Source of the DNA: Phoronis australis
Taxonomy: Eukaryota; Animalia; Phoronida
Direction of reading: 5' to 3'
Assembly (NCBI GenBank): GCA_002633005.1
Contig: NMRA01000207.1
Location: 55,408 to 119,407 of the forward strand
Length of the DNA stretch: 64,000 bases
In this document: positions 47,177 through 59,100 of the stretch, in pieces
How the letters are laid out: every line of letters begins with the position of its first letter
Position numbering within the stretch: the stretch's first letter is position 1
Position numbers and translations under genes: made by a program
The notes under the pieces: model-generated
Database searches by the model: none
What the model saw: the letters and a program-made list of their open reading frames with translations, nothing else
Told to the model about the DNA's origin: nothing

Positions 47177-50100
47177 GTTTCCAATTGTCTCTTGCCAAGT
47201 TCTTCTTACATCGACTTACGTAGACAATGACTATCGTATCTAGCTGGCCAGTGGTAGGGTGAGCAAACCAATATGGCGGAAATTCAATATGGCGGAAATT
47301 CAGCAAGAGCGAAATTTTGCCATTTTTCAGGATTTTCACAAGCTCATATCTATTAGCATACAAAGTGGTGGAAAATTAAAAGTATGCCAGTAAAATATTT
47401 AATTTTTCTTCTTTCTATTGATATCCATTACAAAAAAAATTGGGCATTAATGAGTATTTTTAAAAATTGAAGTAAAGCGAGCACTTCACAAATTTTTCAC
47501 TCACGGGTAAATTCTTGTGACTTTCAGTGAGGGTCAAACTTTCAGCTGTTAAATGGCCGTTACTGAACCGATTTTAATGATATTTATATCAAACTGTTTG
47601 CTACAAAATTCTGTTTTCAACCCTGAGTGTACACTTTTTATTTTTTTGACAAAGATATGAGAAAATGTACTTATTTAATTTACTGCCTTGCCACTCTCTC
47701 ACCTGGAAAAATCCTGAAAGTGTACACTCAATGCCATAATCACTTATCATGTCCCAATCCATTCCTGATCAAATTTTTTCACTCTATCTCACCATTTCCA
47801 TTTAAGAACACTTCTAAAAAGGTAACCAGTCATTTTTCAAGAACTAATTGACCTTTCCAGGGTTCAAACTAAACTTAAACCTGATTGGTCAAATGTATTC
47901 CACAGAACCAGTCAAAACTTCTCTAAATTAAAAAAGTGGCCCAAACCTGGTAAAATATTTTCATTAAAATAATATAGAATACTATTAAAATTTAATTTAC
48001 TTCAATTTGGGGGATAGAGTCATTTTTCTCTATTTTCTTCAAAAATATTTTTTGTTACACTTTTACTACCTCGTGGGGGCGCTGTGATCAGTTTTATTTT
48101 TAGAAAATTACATATTTCACCAAAATAAATGTTCAGTAAATGCTGCAGTGCATCAAAACATTTTAGAATACAAATATGCTCTTTTTGGATAGTCACCAAC
48201 ACAACACCTCTCAGTTTCTATATCATTTGATAGGAATGAAATTGATTTAAAATTCGTTGAAATTTTAGGGTCCAATTTAATTTTGTTTAATTAAAAATGC
48301 ATATTATCATTTTTTGTCATTTGGTGTGCGACTTAAGGTTGTGAAAACATTGATCTTACTTCGGAAAAAAGATTAATTTACATAACCTCACAGGTTTTTA
48401 AATAAATAACGAAATACTCTGAAAAAGACTAGTTTTCTGGTTTTTGCTCATTTTGAATTCATTTGTTATGCAAATTTCATTTTTTAGAATTATTTCAAAA
48501 TCTTTTGGAGCAAAATAAACATGTTCACTAAACCACAGTAATTCTTGAAGTGTTTTTTTCATTTTCAAGGTAATAAGTTGCTCTCTTTTTAAAACATCTC
48601 TTGTTCAACTTGGCTTCAGGGGCAAAAATGTCGTGTCACAAGTCGATGGTGAATTTTTCAATTTTTGTTGTTCTTGTTCATGCAAAATATAATAATTTGT
48701 GGTTTGGTTTCTATGCCATGTTGTTAACCTACTTGCAAAGGACTCACCATCTTGTTTTAAGAACACAGTGAGCTATGGATTCCCAAATATAGTTGTCTAA
48801 ACTTGCCATTTTCTGTGGCCTGAAATTTCTGGGCGCCGTTTGCTGAAAAAAGGCCATTCTTGAGGCTCTAAAATTCAACTAACTCGAGAACCGCCGAACC
48901 GATTTGAAAAATTCAAAAAGTTGTATAAATGGCATGTCTAAAGCTATCATTTAACACTCTTTTCAAGTGTTTCTGATGAAATTTGCATTTGGGTTTGCTC
49001 ACCCTACCAGTGGTAGTGGCAATAGAAACCATGTTGCTCCTATAAGGCTATATAGCCAGGAGCTTCCGATACGCCAGAAGCTTTTCGACGAATTATACCT
49101 CACACTGACTAAAACTTCCAAGTCTTGTTGTTATAAATACCTTTTCCGCATAGGAGGCTGTCGATTTCAATTTCTTCCTACTTGGATAAATACATAATGG
49201 GGTGCCTTTTGAAGTACCCGCTTACTAATAGCCTTATCTGTAAACGATCTAGCTAAACCGACCTCTGAAGTGACGTCTTCTTATAATCCTTCTAAAACCT
49301 GTCATAGTTGTTCTCGTTTTTGTTGACCTTCATTGTTATATGTCTGTGACATAATACTCTGGAGAGAGTGTGGTCACTTAAACCATGGAAAAAGAAGCTC
49401 TTGTTATCAAACTTTTCCCTTGAGCATGCAGCCCCTCCTTCAGTTCAGTTCCCAAAATCGGTAAACGGCCATTTTTACACTGTGGACGCCAGGGGATATG
49501 ACGTCATGCCACCTGCTTTGTGCAGTGTTAAAAATGGTCAGTTTATGATTGATTGGGAACTGAACGAAGTACTGCTCGAAGAAAAAGTTTGGTAACTGGA
49601 GTATTTGTTTGGGTTGGAAGGAATTAATGATATCGACAGCCTCCTTAGGTGTCCCTGTATGCACAAAAGGTACTTATAAGGTTATTGTTTACAATCTGAC
49701 TCCATTAACTTTAACACTTGCCATTAACATTTTCTGAATTTTCTCGCCATGGTGATCTTGATGATTCCAACTACTCGTAGGCTCTTCTTATTCATGCATT
49801 TACTGTTTTTTCAAGGTGTTCATTTGCGGCAGCTGTTCTTGAGTGACCGCCTTTATAAAACTGCGACTCACCTCTCGGCAGGAATGATAACTACAATAGT
49901 TACACGTGCCAGTGTGTCAGAAGACCCCAAAGTGGCTAGTATTGTATACTGCGTGGCGCATTAGGGAAACTCTGAGTAAAAAACAGTAATTGTCATTTAT
50001 AAAGGATTGCCTCTTCAAAAGTTCTTTAGAAAAATCACTAGAGTGCATGTTGTCACGGACAAATATAGTCCTCGAAAACACTTGACATCTCGCGGACATG

Positions 50101-53100
50101 ATTTCGGCTCGTGTTATGGCAGACATGTGTTCTGTCATAGACAAAAACTGTTTCAAACCAGTGGAATTAGATAAGATAACTAATATCAGTGTCAAGCTAA
50201 AATACGCGAACACAGAAACACACTCTGCATTGAACAAACGTCACCCTAAGTTAACCGTTAGTTATCAATCCTGTCACACTTTTAAAAATGGTTACCTCAC
50301 TAAATCCATGTTGCAAGTGAATGCTTTGGAAAAACTCGGAAATTATGAATAAGAAGCGACCAATCAGTACAAGTAATACATTTTTGGAAGACTAGAGTAT
50401 TCACAAAATAGTAGTATCAAGTATGTTCGTTTAATAGAGTCGGATTGTAAACATAAACCACTTATAACAATGTGACTTCGATGTTTTAATCATTGTGAGG
50501 CATAATTTGCCGAAAAGCTTCCAGTGTATGAAGCTCTATTCGTCAGCTAGAGACGGTGGTCACTGTCTTCGACTTACATAGATCAGGTTTCACTTTCAAT
50601 GCTCAGAAAATTTGTCTTTATTCAGGTTATCGACACTGGCAGTATAGAGAGTCTATGTAACAATGATCCTCAGTCTGAATAAATATTACAAAGTTTAGAA
50701 TTTATCAGTTTGCTGGTCAGCTTCTGGCTAGCTGACTGGCCAGTCAGCTTCCGGCATTTGGCAATGCCAGTTTGAGATCTTTTTGAAGGGGTGGTAATTG
50801 CCAAGTGGTCGGTCCTGCATTTTACCCATCTAAATTATGTAGACTTATGTCTAATTGTTTTCAACATCGATATTGATCATTTAAATGACTTTTTTCTAAA
50901 TCTCCAAGTTTGAACGAGAGTCAAGCATCCAAATTATTTGACTAAGGGCATGGAGAGGCTTAATCGGATAGTAAGTAGCACCACCGTGCTGGCACCACCG
51001 TGCTGGCACCACCGTGCTGGCACCAATATGCTGGCACCACCGTGCTGGCACCCTCTCCATCCCCACTTAGAACAATTAATACATCTCAGGGTTTCAGTTG
51101 AACTCGCCTTAGTCAGGGGTGAATGTTGAAAATCTGTTGACTCTGACAATTGAACCGGGGATCCCTGTGAGCATTACAACTGTTTTGCTAAGTGGCAACT
51201 GTCACTTGGCAAGCAGCTTGGAGTTACTTTGTTGATCTGTTAGTCATGGCTGAAAATGGTGCGATTTGTTCAACAAAAGCCTTGCTGTTGATTTAAGTTT
51301 AATTTACTTTGAAACTGAGAAGGATGTTGAACCTGGTTTTGGCCTACCAACGACTGATATTAGTGTTTATTTTGTATTGTTTTGGCCCAAATGTGAGACA
51401 AATAGCTCCAACCTGAACAGAAAGCACAACAGGGCTTGGAATTTTCAGCGGAAACTCGGATTTCCGCTTTTTTCAAATGTTCTGTCCGCGTATTTTATTA
51501 TATTTCCGCGTAAAAAAAAATCGGATTTGATATAAAATTTTCGCGGCAAATTTCTTTCTTACCGCCGCATTGCCGACGACTTTCACCTCGAAAAGCGGAA
51601 GTTGCTCTTTATGTTTCGGAGGAACGTAAATTGTCAACATTGCCGGGGCATCTAGGATAGCGGAATAGCTCTCGATAGCGTGGTGGATTTCCTCAATGGT
51701 GGTTCGTGTGACAAATACTACGACTCTGCAGACAAAAATGTTTGGAGGTGGGAGTGGGGGACGAGCCTAGACAGACGCAGACGCACCCTTCTGGAGGTGG
51801 TACCGTATTTTTTTTAGTCCTCTCTATCTTTGTCGGCAAAAGGTCCACACCGACTTTTTCAAGGCTGTGGCTGCGCGCATGTTTCGGGCTGTAAAAATTT
51901 CCGCGTTTTTCGCCATTGGTCATTCCAAGCCCTGGCACAAAGAATGTTTATCAAGACAGTCTTGTCGTGTTAACAGTGGTGATTCCTGGCACCATAAAGA
52001 CTTTCTCTAACACTTGACTTTTCTTTTGTAACCCATTCATGTTAAATGAACTTTAGACCTACCTTTACTACTTCTATCAACAGGTGGTACTGAAGCATGA
52101 CAAGACCAATTATAATGCACTTGTGTTTGTGGCTGTATGTGCAGAGGGCCTTGGGGAGCCCCAGCAGGCTCTGGTGGCCTACCAACGGGCCATCGACAGC
52201 TCATCTGATCAACCAACTGCTTGGCAGGTAACTTGATAAAATGAATGTAGTAGGCTGAGTAGCATAATTGAGGATAACGGTTTCATTCGTCTTCTAATTC
52301 CATTTCACTGTTTTGCATTATACCTATCCTTGACGTACCAAGTGGTGGTCATTGGTTACATTGTGACTTTTGATAAAGATTTGACTGTGAGATACATTTC
52401 TTTACTTTTTGTTCACGACCTGTGTCCTCTGATAAAATGCCCATGCTTGTCTCTGTGTCTGGAACGGATGGTCGTTAAGCAGCTGGCCTTTGAAATCGGC
52501 CAACTGTAGTGTACCTGTTGCTTGAGGCAAGGATGGGTTTTTTGCTCTCTGAAATTTAAAATCTGTGCCAGTTTCCAAGTTATTTTTTTCAGAATATCTG
52601 CACACTGTGGTACTTGTTTGATGACTTTTACAATTAATCTGGCCTTAAACATTGTTCCTTTTTCTTGAACTTTTGTCAGTTAGCAATTCTGTGTGCTTCC
52701 AGGGTCTTACAGCTTTTTACGAGAAGAGAGATGTCTTGACTGAGGATGAAAAACGTGAATTGGTGAAATGCTACGAGAAAGTCATGGCCTTGTTTCGAGA
52801 GTAAGAACTTTGCAGTCTATTTCTTGCTTGAGTTGTTAAGTGATTGCTTACAGCTTTTCACACAGTTTTCCCGTGAGGGGTCTCTCATGTGAGAAAATGC
52901 CTGACGTGTTGATGACATGAGTCCACCAACCCACCCAGTGGGAGGGATAGCCCCTCCCCCTCCTATTCTTGACCCAGTCACTGTAGACACGCAAAGTGCT
53001 ATTGTGCTGTTTTTCCATCTCTCCGTTGAATGACTGAATTCTTGACTTCTAATTCTCAATGCATGTGAACACTGTAAGGGCACTTTAATGATTGTCTAAC

Positions 53101-56100
53101 CATTTCCAGGCATTTAAACTGCTCAAAGTGTCATAGTGCAAGACGTATATTATCATTTCGTCAAACTGGGTTCTATCTTCCGATTATTCACATACTTTTA
53201 ATGTGAGAATCTCGGCAGCAAATTTTGGTTGTCGAGATAAGTTTTGTTGAACACAATGTTCCATGATCTTAATAGATAAACACTCTAATTGGTGGCAGGC
53301 TAATCTCACGTCGGGCTTCAGTTATCATAAAAGATGACCCAGGCTCATGGCAGTGACTAAAGCACAAAAGGTAATGTTACAGGCTTCACATTCAAATCAC
53401 AAAAGGTAATGTTACAGGCTTCACATTCAAATCACAAAAGGTAATGTTACAGGCTTCACATTCAAATCACAAAAGGCAATGTTACAGGCTTCATATTCAA
53501 ATCACATAACGAGAGTATATACAGTAAAGTTGTCCTGGTATCTATTAAGACCATTAAAACAAGTGGAACTATGTGTACAACAAAATGTGTTCTTGTATTG
53601 TGTGAACTTATTATACTTGAACCTGTTTCGAAAGACATTCAAGCAGCGATGTTGCTTATAAGACTTACAGTCCTCTGGAACTTAAGTCATTCAGTCTCTA
53701 AATCATTCTAGATACCAATTCACTGCTGAATGAATGTACGTCTATCAATTTGTCTTTGCATTAACAGCTGAATGATGATATTATTTGGCTTCAATAGGAA
53801 CCCTGCCAAATTGCATGGCACAGGTCAGAAACTGGGTCAACTTCACAAACAGTTGAACAACTTGCCACAGTGTGTCGCTGTGTACACATCCTTGCTGTCT
53901 CTGTTGAGTGACAGGCCGGAGGCGGAGCTTCACAGCATTCGTCTGGAGTTGTCCAGTGTCCTAAGACAAATGGACAAATTGACTGAGCAACAACAGCAAT
54001 TGGTAACGGTCGTTTACGATTTGCTGTTATAACGAGTAACATAAAATCTAGCCAATTCAGACAAAAATAATTTCCGAAATTGATGTTTCTTTGTTTGAAA
54101 AAGGATACAAACATAGTTGTGAATGCCTATGTTTTCTCAAAACATTGTCTAATGACAACGCATATTGTGATACATAATTAATCCTTTACGAAAAATGAAA
54201 AAATAAATATAACTTGTCTGCCATATTGGATTTGTGATATTTTAGCACACCTGTAAATGTACATTGTCATGAAGGTTGCACTAATAACTAATAGTTTTTG
54301 CAGGTTTTTGAGCTTGAAAAATCAAGTTCACTTTCTTTTCCACGGGTTACAAAACATGAAAATGTGAAGAGTTTGCTCAGGCAAAACTTGGCACTTAGCC
54401 CAATATGACTGATTGCAATAAGTTAACATTTTTGTCTGCTATGAAACTCTGTAGGACATCCAGCTATTTTAAAAATGAGCAAAATGCACAAAAATCAAAC
54501 ATTTTCTTCCTAAAACCACCTTTTACATGCGATTACACTGAACCAGATGACAGTGTATTATGACTACCAACTACTCCAGATTCTAGAAATAGGGTAAAAA
54601 GTAGGTCGTAAATCAGATGTTTCATTTTTTAATGTACAAATTTCTAGTTTCTGAGGATACCTGAATTTCCTGATGCTTTTCTAATTGACATATCGCAAGC
54701 TCCGCCCCGTTGCGTAATGTTGACTAACAAACAATAAGTTTTACCCGGCACCGTGTTGTTTGTCGGGTAAAATGGCAGCTTGGAAATGAAGATGTGTCAA
54801 TAATGCTGCATTCTAAATAGTCAGTTAAGCCGCCACTCAAAATCCTGGCGATAGGTCAATTTTTGCTTGCAATAATGACAGTTTAAAATAAGCCACAACT
54901 GAGAAAATAATACTCAGTTAACAAATTGCCTTAACTGGCTCAAAGAAAACCAAGATGATATCATTCCTAGCCTTCACATGCTATCTAAATGGCATGATAC
55001 CCATCCAACTCAGTAGCCATTAATTTGTATTGAAAGTGGACGGAGGTAAATTCAACCGTGATTAAAAAAATACTCGGTGGCAGCATGAGTGTTGAAGTGT
55101 AATGTATCTGTTTGTCAAAAATATGATTGTCTATTACGTAAATGCAATAGTAAGTGGACTGATTGCTGTGTAATGTGAGATAGAAAGTAATATCACAAAA
55201 TGTATTAAAAGGTTAAAGGCGAAGGCAACCTTTTTCCATGTCATTTTGAGTTAAAATAAGGTGGGTTGGTTATCCTAGACATATTTTCCACTTAATTACA
55301 GCTTTTCGTAATTTTATTAATTACTCTTCCGCTACTCCGGAAGTGACGTTTTAGGAGGCAAGCGTTTCCCGCCACTTGGTTTTACGTTGAATTTACCGTG
55401 CGAATCTGTTCTATTCTACTTTTGTTTTGTGCTGTTTTTCAATAATTGTCGCCACCACTTTCCATCGGCGAGTATTCTGCGGCAAGATAGGTTAGTAGAG
55501 AACTCAACTACGTTGGATTTAGGGATTGTTTAGTATGTTGTAAGCTGAAAATGGCTGGAGTCGGTGACCCGTATCACAGTGACAGTAGTGTGAGTGACGG
55601 AGACCTTGTTCACAGCAGTGGTGACGANNNNNNNNNNNNNNNNNNNNNNNNNNNNNNNNNNNNNNNNNNNNNNNNNNNNNNNNNNNNNNNNNNNNNNNNN
55701 NNNNNNNNNNNNNNNNNNNNNNNNNNNNNNNNNNNNNNNNNNNNNNNNNNNNNNNNNNNNNNNNNNNNNNNNNNNNNNNNNNNNNNNNNNNNNNNNNNNN
55801 NNNNNNNNNNNNNNNNNNNNNNNNNNNNNNNNNNNNNNNNNNNNNNNNNNNNNNNNNNNNNNNNNNNNNNNNNNNNNNNNNNNNNNNNNNNNNNNNNNNN
55901 NNNNNNNNNNNNNNNNNNNNNNNNNNNNNNNNNNNNNNNNNNNNNNNNNNNNNNNNNNNNNNNNNNNNNNNNNNNNNNNNNNNNNNNNNNNNNNNNNNNN
56001 NNNNNNNNNNNNNNNNNNNNNNNNNNNNNNNNNNNNNNNNNNNNNNNNNNNNNNNNNNNNNNNNNNNNNNNNNNNNNNNNNNNNNNNNNNNNCGTTGTTT

Positions 56101-59100
56101 CGCAGGGACCTTCATCAGTTCAGCGTACAAATCCCTTTCGTAACCGGAGGGCAGAAAGTGCTTGCCACACACACGGTAATTCTCCACTGCTTTGTACGTT
56201 GTGTGGATGGGTAACGCTGTGTTCTTCACACGAACGAGCCAAGTACGGCGAAGTGTGTCATCCATCGGAAAGCGATGCAAACGTACTCCCAAAGCGCGCG
56301 TGAGCCGATAATTAGTACATTCCGGTACGCAGCAACAGTGTGGCATGTTGACTGACTAGTAAATGAAAGCAAACGACGACGGAACTTAACACAACCGAGG
56401 TAGAACATTGACTGACTCTGCAGCTCTCACAGTCAGACTATATGAAAAGAAATTGGCGCGAAATGCTTGCCTCCTAAAACGTCGCTTCCGCAGTAGCGGA
56501 CGAGTAATTAATAAAATTACGAAAAGCTGTAATTAAGTGGAAAATATGTCTAGGATAACCAACCAACCTTATTTTAGCTCAAAATGACATGGAAAAAGGT
56601 TGCCTTCGCCTTTAAAAGTTTCGTGTCACTTCATTTGTTTGTCACTTTTTATAGCTTGAGGAATGTTGCCAGTTTATCGTCAGTTCTGATGTGACGTCAA
56701 TCAAAGACTTAGAAACATATTCACGGCTGTACCTGGATAAACTTTTAAAGGTAAGTGAAGTCTGTCCCCTCTAGTGGTGACTGACCTTCTCACTCTACTA
56801 AGTGCTGTTGACTGATGCGAGGAAATTATTATTTTTAAAATATATTTTGATAATTTAAAAGTGTAACGATACAATGTAATGAAGGAATGGGGAATTTAAA
56901 ATTTGTAAAGTGGAGTGCTTTAAAATGTCACGAAATTGGACATGGTGGCAAACTAGTAAGTTTAATTTATGTTGTTCTCTTTTTTGTGAAAGATACACTA
57001 GCGAGAAGTTGATGTTTTGCCATAGCTACCCATAAAGTTGTATTAATTTGAATAACTGCAGTCATTCACTGTGTTAGAAGGCCTCGACTTTTGTAAAAAT
57101 AGGCAATTTGGGCCACTGTTTTTGTCCAAAATCGATGAGATTGTTACCGTTTGCTGAGGGTAAAATCGTCATTTTATGACTATCTGACATTTATAGTGTT
57201 TTGGGGTGTTATTCTGACACGTGCTCGGGACCTCGTGGTACAAACACAAAATACATTTTGCAGTGTGCGTGTGTTCTATTCTGTTCATGTTTCTGCTTAA
57301 ATTAACCAGAAGTGTGCTACATAAATCACATCCAATAAAAATTTATAAACTATACTCATAGTAAAAAATGAAGGAATCACAGGGAGCCTTTCGATAGTGA
57401 TCCGCCATCTTTTTCACTCTAAGAATGTCCACTAGGTGCCGTGGGATCATGGTTGAAGCATCTGCCCTTCAGATTATGGTAACAGATTCTGTGAAGTTGG
57501 TACCTCCCAACGTCTCTATTCCAGCTGGAGCCATGAATTGTGATATGAATAGACCCCAGGGCTTGGAATCCTCTTTCAATAGGATTTCCTCGCTTTTGGC
57601 ATCAATTTCTTTTTATTTGATTTTCTAGTTACTTCGTTTTCGTCTCTTTTTCAGGAATACTTTGACTTTATTCATACTAAAAACATTTATTTCAGTTAGA
57701 TTTTACAACACAAAAATATTTCAATCTCACAAGCCTATTTGTGGAATGATAACATCACTTTTTTGTCATTGGTCACTCCAATCCCTGAAACCCCTTCAAT
57801 CCCCGCTTAAGCAATGGTGAAAGGCTCAGTGATTCCTTTAAATTTGGCTGCAAGTCCCGTTTATATATTTGCATTATGTCTCAACCTCAGGCGATTAGCA
57901 TTTTATCAACACAACCAACTTGTCTAGCTAAACACTTGCTAACAGTCTGTCTTACCAGTTCATCTGCTGGTGTGACTATTAAACACTCTCTCTTCTGTTC
58001 GCTGATCTGATGTGTGCAAAGTATTGTGAAAGGTGCAGTCTTTCTAGTCATTAATTTAGAATTCAATACCTTGAACAGAAACATTGTTCAGGTGACAACA
58101 GGTTTTATTTTTATTTTTATTTAATAGTGAGATTTGTTTTATTTTCAGACTAAGGCAGATGAGACCAAACTAAGCTCAGTATGCACGCTCATTCATGCAA
58201 AGCAGCCTAGTTTTCTCTATCCCCTAGAGGTGGCGACAGTTATGTGGCTTGACAATGTTGTGGGTAAGTTGACAAATGTTCAAAGCTTGCCATCTAGTGG
58301 CCAATATTTTTTTCTACTTATTAATTCAACTTTTTAGAAATTGATTACTTACTGTGAGTTATTTTGTCCCGCTTGATTTCTATGGCATTTTTATAACTTG
58401 TTAGTTGTAAGTCTTTGAATGTCATATCTACAACCTATAACAGTCGGAGGCTGACTGTAAATTGGGTTCATAACTGTTACGATGATTGTATATTTCAAGA
58501 GAACTGAAAGTTATTGATTCGCGTAGTCTCAGTTTTGTGATAAATTATGTTAATTCCAAAGAGTTCAAACCTGGTTCACATTGAAAACCCCAATTGGCAT
58601 TTAGTGACACATTTTGAATAATTTTTATTATATCATGTTGTTATTGAAGATGCATGGTCTTATTACATTGTGAATATGTAAATGAAGTACTAGTAATTTA
58701 CAAACAACCCCGAGTCCTCCAGTTTGCTGAAAATCATTAGAGAGCCAGATTACAATCTCACGAATGTCTCATTTTGAGAGATTAGTTTTATGAGAATGAA
58801 ACAAGGCACAGTTTTTATTATTTCCTTATTTCACTATCAAGTAACCAATGGGTAATATTTGGCATTGCTTGTTGTTTTACATGTTCACACTTGTTGTGCT
58901 GTTTCCTTTATCACAATTTATTGACAAATTTTTCCTTTGCTGTTTATACTTTTACGCGGCTCTACAAGAAGTCACTAGGTGGTGCTTGATTCAAATTTAA
59001 ATATCACAGTTTTAATGAGACATCTTTAATTTTTTGTTACTATAAAATCTCATCAGTTTATGACTTTATAAATGGCAAATAAGTGGTTATTATATTGTTA

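Larger units (their letters stand above)
55217..56611 (-). mobile_element. Kolobok-type DNA transposon in SKIC3 intron 4 (interior hidden by a gap)
   Basis: TTAA|AGGCGAAGGCAACC ... GGTTGCCTTCGCCT|TTAA; ~158-bp TIRs (55217-55374 / 56454-56611); THAP-domain ORF starting at 56346 (-). Confidence 0.85.

Noticed and set aside
53363-53506. 35-bp repeats of CRISPR-like length
   Set aside because: No spacers and no cas genes; simple tandem repeat.
56093-56346. THAP ORF as a nested host THAP transcription-factor gene
   Set aside because: It lies between long TIRs with TTAA duplications, so it belongs to a transposon.
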